NCBI GenBank assembly: GCA_965220745.1
Contig: CBDCQT010000012.1
Coordinates: 832,001 to 896,000, forward strand
DNA: 64,000 bases
DNA from: Alphaproteobacteria bacterium
GTDB taxonomy: Bacteria > Pseudomonadota > Alphaproteobacteria > UBA828
Direction of reading: 5' to 3'
Shown one piece after another: positions 24,231-32,904 of the stretch; position 1 is the stretch's first letter, and every line of letters starts with the position of its first letter. The translations under genes and the position numbers were made by a program. The notes under the pieces were generated by a model, which had not been told where the DNA came from, did not search any database, and saw only the letters and a list, made by a program, of their open reading frames with translations.

Positions 24231-25013
24231 ATGAGCGAGAGCGCCGTGCTGGTCGAGACCGCGGGCAGGGCAGGGGTCATCACCATCAACCGGCCGGAGC
24301 GGCTGAACGCGCTCGACGTGCCGACCTGTGGCGCTCTCGATGACGCCGTGAGCCAGGTGGAGGCGGACGAGGCGGTGCGGGTCGTGGTGTTCACCGGCGC
24401 GGGCCGCGCGTTCGTGGCCGGCGGCGATATCGCCGATCTCGGCTCGCGACAGGGCCTCGCCCACTACGAGGAGTTCGCGGCGCCGATCCATCGCCTCTTC
24501 CGCCGGATCGAGACCCTGGACAAGCCCACAATCGCCGCCGTCAACGGCTTCGCGCTCGGTGGCGGCGCGGAACTCATGCTGTCCACCGACATCCGGGTGC
24601 TCTCCTCGGTGGCCAAGATCGGCGTGCCCGAGATCAATCTCGGGCTCTTCCCCGGTGCCGGGGGCTCGCAGCGCCTGATCCGCCAGATACCGCTCTGCCG
24701 CGCCAAGGAGATGATGTTCTCCGGCGCACCCATCGGCGCCGAAGAGGCGGTGGCGCTCGGCCTCGCCAATCGGGTGGTCGAGCCGGAGGCGCTGATGGAG
24801 GAGGCGCTGGCGCTCGCCGAGAAGATCGCGGACAAGTCGCCGCTGGTGCTGCGCCTGCTCAAGCGCACCATCGACGCCGGCGCCGACATGCCGCTGCCGG
24901 CGGCGCTCGCCCACGAGCAGGCCATGATCTCGCTGGTGCTCGACAGTGAGGACGCGCACGAGGGCTGCCAGGCGTTTCTGGATAAGCGCAAGGCCAGCTT
25001 CAAGGGCGCCTGA
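24231..25013 (+). CDS. Enoyl-CoA hydratase/isomerase
   Basis: INRPERLNAL, AFVAGGDI, NGFALGGGAEL, PEINLGLFPGAGG (both catalytic Glu present). Confidence 0.93.
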   Translation: MSESAVLVETAGRAGVITINRPERLNALDVPTCGALDDAVSQVEADEAVRVVVFTGAGRAFVAGGDIADLGSRQGLAHYEEFAAPIHRLFRRIETLDKPTIAAVNGFALGGGAELMLSTDIRVLSSVAKIGVPEINLGLFPGAGGSQRLIRQIPLCRAKEMMFSGAPIGAEEAVALGLANRVVEPEALMEEALALAEKIADKSPLVLRLLKRTIDAGADMPLPAALAHEQAMISLVLDSEDAHEGCQAFLDKRKASFKGA

Positions 25014-25016
25014 GCG

Positions 25017-26189
25017 GTGGAGGTCCAGTTCTCCGAGGAGCAGGCGCTGATGCTCGAGACGGCGCGGCGCATCGGCGCCGCGTACGGTCTCGACTATTGG
25101 CGTGCGCTGGACGAAGAGGGCGCCTACCCAAGCGCGATGTGGCAGGCGATCTGCGACGCGGGTTTTGGGGGCATCGCGCTGCCGGAGGAGTATGGCGGCG
25201 CCGGGCTCGGGATGCTCGACCAGGCTTTGGTGATCGAGGCGCTCTGCGAGGCGGGGGCGGGCAGCACGCTCGCACAGATCTTCATGGTGAACCCGATCTT
25301 CGGCGGCGTCGCCATCGCGCGATACGGCACGGAGGCGATGCGCCGCGAGTTGCTGCCGCCGCTCATCGCCGGCGACATCCAGTGCTGCATGGCGCTCACC
25401 GAGCCCGACGCCGGCACCAACAGCCTGGAGCTTCGCACCTTCGCCGAGGCCCACGGCAACGGCTGGCGCCTCAACGGCCGCAAGATTTGGATCTCGGCCG
25501 TGCCGACGGCGGACAAGATGCTGGTGGTGGCCCGCACCAAGAAGGTCGAGGAGTCGCAGCGCAGGACCGACGGCATCTCGCTCTTCCTCGTCGACGTGAA
25601 GCGCGAAGGGCTGACCCACTCCACCATCGAGAAGGCCGGCACCCATTGCGTGCCGGCGAGCAACGTCTATTTCGAGAACACGCCGGTGGCGGGCGACGAG
25701 CTGGTCGGCGCGCTCCACGGCGGCTGGAAGGAGCTGCTTGACGTGCTCAACACCGAGCGCATCGTCACCGCCGCCGGTCTGGTGGGCACGGTGCGGCTGG
25801 CGCTCGGTCTCGCGGTCGATTACGCCAACGAGCGCCGCGTGTTCGGAGACCGGCCGATCGCCTCGTACCAGGGGCTGCAGTTCCCGCTCGCCCAGGCCAA
25901 GGCGGAGATCGAGTGCGCCGCGGTAATGAACCACAAGGCCGCCGCGCTGCACGACGCCGGCCTGCCCTACGGCGCGGAGGCCAACATGGCCAAGCTCATC
26001 GCCGCCCAGGCGGCGGCCGAGGGGCTCGAGCGCGCGATGCAGACCATGGGCGGCATGGGCTACGCCAAGGAGATGCACCTGGAGCGGCTCTGGCGCGACG
26101 CGCGGCTCTTCCGCTTCGCGCCCGTCTCGGAGGAGATGATCCTCAACTACATCGCCGTGCACGACCTCGGCATGGCGCGGGGGTATTGA
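25017..26189 (+). CDS. Acyl-CoA dehydrogenase
   Basis: ALTEPDAGT, LNGRKIWIS, LNTERI, QTMGGMGY, LWRDARL. Confidence 0.93.
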   Translation: MEVQFSEEQALMLETARRIGAAYGLDYWRALDEEGAYPSAMWQAICDAGFGGIALPEEYGGAGLGMLDQALVIEALCEAGAGSTLAQIFMVNPIFGGVAIARYGTEAMRRELLPPLIAGDIQCCMALTEPDAGTNSLELRTFAEAHGNGWRLNGRKIWISAVPTADKMLVVARTKKVEESQRRTDGISLFLVDVKREGLTHSTIEKAGTHCVPASNVYFENTPVAGDELVGALHGGWKELLDVLNTERIVTAAGLVGTVRLALGLAVDYANERRVFGDRPIASYQGLQFPLAQAKAEIECAAVMNHKAAALHDAGLPYGAEANMAKLIAAQAAAEGLERAMQTMGGMGYAKEMHLERLWRDARLFRFAPVSEEMILNYIAVHDLGMARGY

Positions 26190-26309
26190 GGCAGGCCGGC
26201 TGATCTGACGAGCAGCGGGGCAACGAAGGCACCCCCACCTTGTATCTCGTCCACTCGCCGTCGGGGTTATTGTGATGGCGTTGGACGCGGGCGGGAGACC
26301 GATCCACCT

Positions 26310-26580
26310 CTAGCCCGTATTTCTCACCACGGTCATGGCCTGCGCGGCGTTATCCGGCCGACAGGGTAGGAACGGCGCGCAGCGCGATGTGGTGCATCGG
26401 GCAAGCGCCGTGACGCACGCTGTCGGCCGGAGAGCGCCGCCCTTCGGGTCGCGCCCAGGCGCCCGCCCGCGGCGTCGCGAGCCTCAACCGTAGGCACCGC
26501 TACGCTTTTCGGCCCGCTCCTGGCGGATCGAACGCCTGGGCGCGACGCAGGCCGTGACCCTGGTGAGAAATGCGGGCTAG
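26310..26580. mobile_element. MITE-like non-autonomous element (271 bp)
   Basis: 35-bp terminal inverted repeats (26310-26344 and 26546-26580, 32/35 match) with CTAG at both outer ends; two internal long hairpins; no coding capacity. Confidence 0.75.
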
Positions 26581-26616
26581 TCTCGACATCGACGCGGGCC
26601 AATCAGGGAGGCACCC

Positions 26617-27642
26617 ATGCGCATCTACAACTACAAGAAGGGGACGGCGCGACGGCTCGCGGTAGAGGATGACAAGGAGCTGGTCGACCCGATCGATGCG
26701 CTGGGCGGTAAGAGCAAGCTCGCTGCGCGGGACCGCGAGGCGCTCGCCGACACGATCTCTTTCATCGAATCCGGGGAGCGGGGCTTGCGCCTCGCGCGCA
26801 AGGCGATCCGCGAAAGTCGCGGCAGCGGCAAGGGCCGCCGCAGCCTGGCCCGGACCACGCTGTTCGCGCCCGTAGAGCCCGCGGTCATCCTGTGTTCGGG
26901 AGAGAACTACTGGGATCATCGGGACGAGAAGCCGGTGGTCGAGGGCAAGGAACCCGAGTTCTTCATCAAGCTCCAGCAATGTGCCAACGGCCCATACGAC
27001 GACATCGTCTACGAGCCGAAGATCACCCGGAAGCTGGACTACGAAACCGAGCTTGCGATCGTCATCGGCAAGGGCGGGCGCCACATCACCAAGCGGGATG
27101 CGATGAAGCACATATTCGGCTTCACCGTCATGAACGATGTCACGGCCCGGGACCGGCAGGTCAAGATGCGGCCCGACGGCACCTCGCAATACGCACTCGG
27201 ACCGGGCAAGAACTTCGATACCTCCGCGCCGCTCGGCCCCTGCATCGTCACGACGGACGAGCTTGGCAACCCACAAAAGCTGGCGCTCCACACCTGGGTC
27301 AACGACGAGCTGCGCCAAAACAACACCACCGCGATGATGATCTGGAACGTCCGGGAGCTGGTCCATTTCTTTTCGGGCTTCGTCACCCTGAAACCGGGTT
27401 CGGTGATTTCCACGGGCACGCCGGGCGGAACCGCGTGGGGAAGCGATCCCGAGCTGGGCGGACGCGGTGCCCTGACCGAACGCGAAGACATCGCGCTCGC
27501 CGGGGGCTATCTCAAGGTCGGCGATGTGGTCACTAGTGAGATCGAAGGCATCGGCCGCCTGCGGGCCAGGGTCGTGCAATCCGGGCATTCGCGGAGGAAA
27601 GCCTCGGCCAGCATCAAGCCCGCGCGTAATCGAAGGGTCTAG
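26617..27642 (+). CDS. Fumarylacetoacetate hydrolase-family protein
   Basis: GENYWDH, LDYETELAIVIGK, NDVTARD, GKNFDT.APLGP, STGTPGG. Confidence 0.92.
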   Translation: MRIYNYKKGTARRLAVEDDKELVDPIDALGGKSKLAARDREALADTISFIESGERGLRLARKAIRESRGSGKGRRSLARTTLFAPVEPAVILCSGENYWDHRDEKPVVEGKEPEFFIKLQQCANGPYDDIVYEPKITRKLDYETELAIVIGKGGRHITKRDAMKHIFGFTVMNDVTARDRQVKMRPDGTSQYALGPGKNFDTSAPLGPCIVTTDELGNPQKLALHTWVNDELRQNNTTAMMIWNVRELVHFFSGFVTLKPGSVISTGTPGGTAWGSDPELGGRGALTEREDIALAGGYLKVGDVVTSEIEGIGRLRARVVQSGHSRRKASASIKPARNRRV

Positions 27643-27692
27643 TTGGTCCGCCGTGTAACGCGCGAGAGGGCGGGAGAGGGAGTCGCCCTCCC

Positions 27693-28451
27693 TCAGTTCA
27701 CATTCGCCGCCTCGCCCAGGGTCGGGCCGATTTCGCGGTTTATGACGAGGTCGGCGATGCCGTCGAGGTCCGTGGGCTCGCGGTTCAGGATGACGAGGGT
27801 GGAGCCGGATTCTTTGGCGAGCCCAGGCAACCCGGCGGCGGGGTAAACGACGAGCGACGAGCCGATGGCGAGGAAGAGGTCGCAGGCTAGCGTCTCGCGC
27901 TTCGCGCGCCTCATCTCGTCCTCCGGCATCGCCTGGCCGAAGGAGATCGTCGCCGTCTTGACCGGCGCTCCGCACAGCGTGCATACGGGCGGCACGGAGT
28001 CCCTCTCGAACGCCTCCTTGATCGGAGCAAGCTCGTAGCGGGTCTCGCAGGCGACGCATTTCGCAAAGCTGCCGTTGCCGTGGAGCTCGATCACCTTCTC
28101 CTCAGGTACGCCCGAATCCTGGTGCAGGTTGTCAATGTTCTGGGTGATCACGCTTGAGACCTTGCCGATTCGGACCAGCTTGGCGACCGCCCGGTGCCCG
28201 CGGTTGGGCGTGGCGTCGACGATGTCCCGGTCAACCAGCAACTTGCGCCGCCAGGCCTCGATGCGCGCGTCTTCGGAGGCGAGGAACTCCTGGTAATAGA
28301 TCGGCGTGGTCTGCGACCAGATACCGGTCGGGCTGCGGAAGTCCGGGATGCCCGACTCGGTCGATATCCCGGCGCCGGTAAAGACGACCGCCCGGCGCGC
28401 GTCCGCGATCATCCCGGCGAGGCGCTCGATATCGGCGCGGGCGTCCTCCAT
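27693..28451 (-). CDS. cobB: NAD-dependent protein deacylase (Sir2/CobB family)
   Basis: GAGISTESGIPDFRS, TQNIDNLHQ, ELHG, CxxC...CxxC, GSSLVVYPAA. Confidence 0.88.
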   Translation of the reverse strand: MEDARADIERLAGMIADARRAVVFTGAGISTESGIPDFRSPTGIWSQTTPIYYQEFLASEDARIEAWRRKLLVDRDIVDATPNRGHRAVAKLVRIGKVSSVITQNIDNLHQDSGVPEEKVIELHGNGSFAKCVACETRYELAPIKEAFERDSVPPVCTLCGAPVKTATISFGQAMPEDEMRRAKRETLACDLFLAIGSSLVVYPAAGLPGLAKESGSTLVILNREPTDLDGIADLVINREIGPTLGEAANVN

Positions 28452-28643
28452 CTCAGCCGCGCTCCGGGGCAGTCACTTCTCAATCTCCCATAGTGCTATC
28501 GCCGGTCACGCGCTCAAGCAGGTCCAACTGGCAGAGCTCGTCAAGAGCAGCATCACCTTCGGGATGATCGGCCTACCCCATTGAGTAGTCTAGTTTCGAA
28601 GTTGGTTGCGGCCTGTCGCCCGTCCGCCGAAAGCGGACGCGCT

Positions 28644-29507
28644 CTACCGATGCTTCTCCAGGAACGCGCTGACGGCGGCGTGGTAGCCTTGCGGGTTCTC
28701 CCAGAACGGCATGTGGGCGCAGCCGGGGAAGAACGCGTACTCCGAGTTCGGCAGGTATTGGCATGAGACGGCGCAGAGCTCCGGTAGGACGTAGTCGTGC
28801 TCGCTGGCGACGACCAGCACGGGCGTCGTCACGCGGTGCAGATCGCCCATGCGGTCGTACCAGCGGAGCGTGCCGGTACAGTTGAAGAGGTGCGGGCCGA
28901 ACATATGCCGCAGCGGGCCGTAGCCGATGTCGCCGAGGGACTTCTGCACTGGCTCGGGCCAGGTCTCCATCCGGCACATGTGCCGGTAGAGCATGATGGT
29001 CACGGCCGCCTGATATTCTGGGTGCTCGGTGGTGCCTTCGGATTCGCGGCGCGCCATCATGCGCACGGTCTCGTCGCCGAGGTTCTGCTTGCAACGGAGG
29101 AAGCCCGCCTGAACCTCGCGGAAGTCGTAGGCGATGCTGCTGGAGACGAAGCACTTCACGTTGTCGGGATGGGCGAGGCAGTATTCGAGGCCGAGCATCC
29201 CGCCCCACGAGTTGCCCACCACGGCGACACGGCCGAGGCCGAGGGCGCTACGCACCGTCTCCATCTCTTCCACGTAGCGCTCCACGGTCCAGAGCGCATC
29301 GTCGTCCGGCCGGTCGGACTCGCCGCAGCCGAGCTGATCCCACGAGACCACGCGGTAGCCCTGGTCCGCGTAGCGCAGGTGTGCGTTGCGCACGTAGTTG
29401 CACGGCACCCCTGGCCCGCCGTGGACCACCAGGATGACGTCGTCACCCGCGCCTTCGCTGAACGCCGTAACCGAATGCGTGCCGACGCGCACCGGAATTC
29501 GCTCCAT
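28644..29507 (-). CDS. Proline iminopeptidase/L-amino acid amidase-family alpha/beta hydrolase (S33)
   Basis: HGGPG, DQLGCGESD, GNSWGG, C-terminal CAHMPFWE; GGGAG SD before the ATG at 29507. Confidence 0.88.
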   Translation of the reverse strand: MERIPVRVGTHSVTAFSEGAGDDVILVVHGGPGVPCNYVRNAHLRYADQGYRVVSWDQLGCGESDRPDDDALWTVERYVEEMETVRSALGLGRVAVVGNSWGGMLGLEYCLAHPDNVKCFVSSSIAYDFREVQAGFLRCKQNLGDETVRMMARRESEGTTEHPEYQAAVTIMLYRHMCRMETWPEPVQKSLGDIGYGPLRHMFGPHLFNCTGTLRWYDRMGDLHRVTTPVLVVASEHDYVLPELCAVSCQYLPNSEYAFFPGCAHMPFWENPQGYHAAVSAFLEKHR

Positions 29508-29575
29508 TTCGTTCTCCCCGCCCGCCAGTGCGGACACCGTGTGCTACGCTCGGCTGCCGGCCACAGGAGCAGACC

Positions 29576-30403
29576 GTGCGCGCAGCCTTCATCGATATCG
29601 ACGGTACCCGCACACGTTATCTTTATGAAGGCGATGCAGGCGAAACCCTGCTTCTCATTCATGGATTCGGGCTCAGCGCCGACATCTGGGCGCATGTTCT
29701 CGACCCGCTGGCGGTACACTTCTCCGTGTATGCGCCCGACATCCTCGGCCACGGCTTCACCGACTTCAAAGAGCCCGGCGACGAGGCCGCGCCGCTGGTG
29801 ATGACCCGGCACCTCGAGGGCTTCATGGACGCGGTGGGGATCGAGCGCTGTGCCGTGCTCGGCAGCTCGCTCGGCGGCCTGCTGGCGCCGCTGCTCTATG
29901 CCGCGCGGCCGGAGAGCATCACGGCGCTGATCATCGACGGCTTGCACACGCCCGTCTCCGATACCGGCAAGCTGCCGCCGGAGACGATCAAGGCGACCAT
30001 GGCCAACGGCACCACGGCAATGACCGACGTGACCTGGCAATCGTGCATCGACCGCATGGGGCGAATCTGCCACGACCCCGCGCGCTCGCCCGCCGACATC
30101 GCGCTGATGCAGGTCACGGTCTACGCCCAGCCCGACCGGCTGCCGGCCTACCTCGCCTACGGCCAGAGCATGATCGACCATGTGGACGACGAGGCGGTGC
30201 GGATGCGGCCCGAAACCATCGCGGTGCCGACGCTCTTCCTCAGCGGCCGGCAGGACATCCGTGCACCCATCGAGGTGATCGAGAAGAACTACCGGCGCGT
30301 TCCCGGCGCAAGCCTCAGCGTGTTCGAGGAATGCGGGCACCTGCCCGAGGTGGAGCATCCTGAAAAATTCGTGGAAACGGTGACGGCGTTCCTGCAGGGA
30401 TAG
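29576..30403 (+). CDS. Alpha/beta hydrolase (esterase or C-C hydrolase-like)
   Basis: LLIHGF, PDILGHG, GSSLGG nucleophile elbow, GRQD, CGHLP; AGGAG SD and GTG at 29576. Confidence 0.88.
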   Translation: MRAAFIDIDGTRTRYLYEGDAGETLLLIHGFGLSADIWAHVLDPLAVHFSVYAPDILGHGFTDFKEPGDEAAPLVMTRHLEGFMDAVGIERCAVLGSSLGGLLAPLLYAARPESITALIIDGLHTPVSDTGKLPPETIKATMANGTTAMTDVTWQSCIDRMGRICHDPARSPADIALMQVTVYAQPDRLPAYLAYGQSMIDHVDDEAVRMRPETIAVPTLFLSGRQDIRAPIEVIEKNYRRVPGASLSVFEECGHLPEVEHPEKFVETVTAFLQG

Positions 30404-30628
30404 CCCGGACCATAGTGCGGTGCACGGCGCCCGGTGTGCGCGCCAGGATCGTGCCATGCAGCGTGCCAACGAGCAGACCCCCGAAGGGCGCCAGCCATCC
30501 CGAGGTATCCCTCCTATCCCGCTTAATCCCGGCGAATTCTGGAAGAAATTAAGGTTTGCTGGACTGGGACGGCCGAACTGAACTGCGACTGTGGTGAGAT
30601 TCTCGGCCCGGTACGGCCGTTCGTGGCC

Positions 30629-31792
30629 TTACTCCGCAGCGGCCCGTGCCGGCGCCGGAACATCCATGTTGAAGAGGCGGGCGCAGTTGAGCCCCACCAC
30701 GTTCGCCTTGGTCTCGTCGTCCACGTTGGCGAGGACGCGGTTCAGGACCTCGTGGCTGTGAGGGAAGGTGTTGCGCGGGTGGGGGAAGTCGGAGCCCCAC
30801 ATGACCTGCGTGGGGCCTGCGACATCGAAGGCGCGGTCCGCGAACTTGTCGTCCACGAAGCTGTGCCAGACCTGCGTGTGCAGATACTCCTGCACGGGCT
30901 TCTTGACCGGCGTGACCTTGAGCGAGTTCGCCACCGCGCCCTGAAGCTGCTGGGTGCGGAACAGGAACCAGGGCAGCCAGCAGATCTCGTACTCGCCGAG
31001 GATCAGCTTCAGCTTGGGGTGACGGTCGAAGATGCCGCCGAAGATGAACTCGTTGGCGAGGATCGGCCCAGCGTCGGAGAAGAGCTCCAGCCAGAGCCGC
31101 GCCACGTCGCCGCGCTCGTGATCGTGGATGATGGTGAAGGGGTCGCGTATGCGACCGGCGACGATGTGAATCGTCACGGGAATGTCCAGGTCCGCCGCCG
31201 CCGCCCAGAGCCGATCGTAGTAGGGGTCGCGGTAGGGCGGCATGTGCGGCTTCACGTCGGTGTAGATGAAGACGGTGCGCACGTTCTTCTTGGCCAGCCG
31301 TTCGAGCTCGGCCACGGCCCAGTCGACATCGTCGGGCGGCAGCATGCCGGAGGCGAGCAGGCGCTTCGGGTCGTGGCTGCAATACTCGACGATCCAGTCG
31401 TTGTAGACTTGGCAGACGTCCTGCACGAGCTGCGGATGCTCGATCCGCATGCAGAGCAGCGCGAAGGTCGAGTTGACGATTTCGGCCTGAACGCCGTCCA
31501 TCTCCATCAGCTCCAGACGAAGCGCCGGGTCCTGGTTGGAGCGGTTCACCTTGTCGGCGAGTTCGGGGTCCATGGCCGAGGATTCCTCGGTGGAATCCGC
31601 CGCGTCCTCCGGCACGACCACGCCAAGGTCGATGTAGTCGTAGCCGAAGAAGTAGTAGTTGCCGGGAATGCCGTCGTAGCGGTCGACGACGCGCGGGACC
31701 TTGTCGCCCCACTTCTTGCCGAGCGCCTTCTCCCACAGGTCCAGCGGCTCGATGATGTGGGAATCGGCGGAGATCACGTAGTCCAGGCTCAT
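30629..31792 (-). CDS. Amidohydrolase_2-family metallo-enzyme (decarboxylase/hydratase/hydrolase)
   Basis: ISADSHIIEP, VTIH, GGIFDRHPKLK, WGSDFPH. Confidence 0.88.
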   Translation of the reverse strand: MSLDYVISADSHIIEPLDLWEKALGKKWGDKVPRVVDRYDGIPGNYYFFGYDYIDLGVVVPEDAADSTEESSAMDPELADKVNRSNQDPALRLELMEMDGVQAEIVNSTFALLCMRIEHPQLVQDVCQVYNDWIVEYCSHDPKRLLASGMLPPDDVDWAVAELERLAKKNVRTVFIYTDVKPHMPPYRDPYYDRLWAAAADLDIPVTIHIVAGRIRDPFTIIHDHERGDVARLWLELFSDAGPILANEFIFGGIFDRHPKLKLILGEYEICWLPWFLFRTQQLQGAVANSLKVTPVKKPVQEYLHTQVWHSFVDDKFADRAFDVAGPTQVMWGSDFPHPRNTFPHSHEVLNRVLANVDDETKANVVGLNCARLFNMDVPAPARAAAE

Positions 31793-31820
31793 CGTCGTTC
31801 CTCTCTGGCTCGCAGGCGGC

Positions 31821-32798
31821 TTAGGCGTGGAAGGGCCTTTGCTCCGGCGGTGCGGCCGCAGCCTGCGCGAAATCGCAGTCGCGGGTTGCGTAGAACTCGA
31901 CCAGGAAGCCGTCCGGGTCGCGCAGATAGAAGCTGCGCTTGGTGGCGCTGTCGACCGACGCTACGGTCGGGATATTCCGCGCGGCCAGCGCCTCCTCGGC
32001 GTCGACGACTTGGGCTTCGTCCGCCATTTCGCACGAGAAGTGATGGCAGCCGTTCTCCAGGCCATCCGCCCTGGCAAAGAGCGCACAGTGGAAGTCGGGC
32101 GTGGGCGCGGCGCCCCGCAGGTAGGCGTAGGCGCCGTCGGGCGCCATGTAGGCCACATCCAGGCCCGCGAAGTCGGTGTAGAAGCAGAGCGAGCGCGCGA
32201 CATCCTCCACCACCATCACCGCGCGCGTGGTGCGCAGCGGATGGACCGGCGCGTCCTCGACGCGCTGGAAGTCGGGCGCGCGCTGCCACTTGGGCTCTGC
32301 GCTCGGCGGCTCGGCCTCAGGGTCCCAGCGGGCAGAGATGTTGGGGATGGGGCCGCCTTTGAAGACCGAGCGCCAGTCGTGCATCACGTCGGCGTAAAAC
32401 TCGTGGAAGATGCCGTCGGGGTCGGGCACGTAGAAGGAGTGCGAGAAGGTGTGGTCGATGGTGAGATAGTCCTGGCAGCCGGACGCGACCGCGCGCTCGA
32501 TCGCGGCCACCAGCGCCGCTTCGTTATCAACCTCCCAGCCCAGGTGGTTGAGGCCCGTCTCCTGAAAGCCCTCCTCGATGATCACCTCGCCGTCGCGGCC
32601 GCGGAAGGGGCGGCCGATCTCCACCATGCCGACATCGTGATGGCTGTTGCCGTTGGAGACGAAGCCCGCGCCGGTGCCGACCTCGATGCCGACCTCCTCG
32701 AAGCCGCAGACCTTCTCGAAGAACGCGACCGAGCGGTCGAGGTTCCGCACGCTGACGTTCGCGTGGCCGAGCCTGCGCACGCCGAAGTTCACCGTCAT
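31821..32798 (-). CDS. Two-domain VOC protein, extradiol-dioxygenase-like
   Basis: RLGHAN, HHDV, LNHLGW, IDH...FYVPDPDGIFHE; second VOC repeat ends YLRDPDGFLVEF. Confidence 0.82.
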   Translation of the reverse strand: MTVNFGVRRLGHANVSVRNLDRSVAFFEKVCGFEEVGIEVGTGAGFVSNGNSHHDVGMVEIGRPFRGRDGEVIIEEGFQETGLNHLGWEVDNEAALVAAIERAVASGCQDYLTIDHTFSHSFYVPDPDGIFHEFYADVMHDWRSVFKGGPIPNISARWDPEAEPPSAEPKWQRAPDFQRVEDAPVHPLRTTRAVMVVEDVARSLCFYTDFAGLDVAYMAPDGAYAYLRGAAPTPDFHCALFARADGLENGCHHFSCEMADEAQVVDAEEALAARNIPTVASVDSATKRSFYLRDPDGFLVEFYATRDCDFAQAAAAPPEQRPFHA

Positions 32799-32904
32799 CG
32801 CCTGCGCCCCTCCCTGCCGACTTTGACCGGACGAAAACGGTATAGGGAGCGCAGGGCACCGTCAATTTTGGGCGGCGCGCAAGCAGTCGCGGTGGCGGGT
32901 GAGA

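Noticed and set aside
27693-28451. Sir2 protein as an anti-phage NADase (Thoeris/DSR/SIR2-HerA)
   Set aside because: It is a canonical single-domain Zn-binding sirtuin with no defence partner genes nearby.
28452-28643. Possible gene remnant or structured RNA between the sirtuin and the peptidase
   Set aside because: Only a weak, bulged hairpin and no recognisable protein motif.
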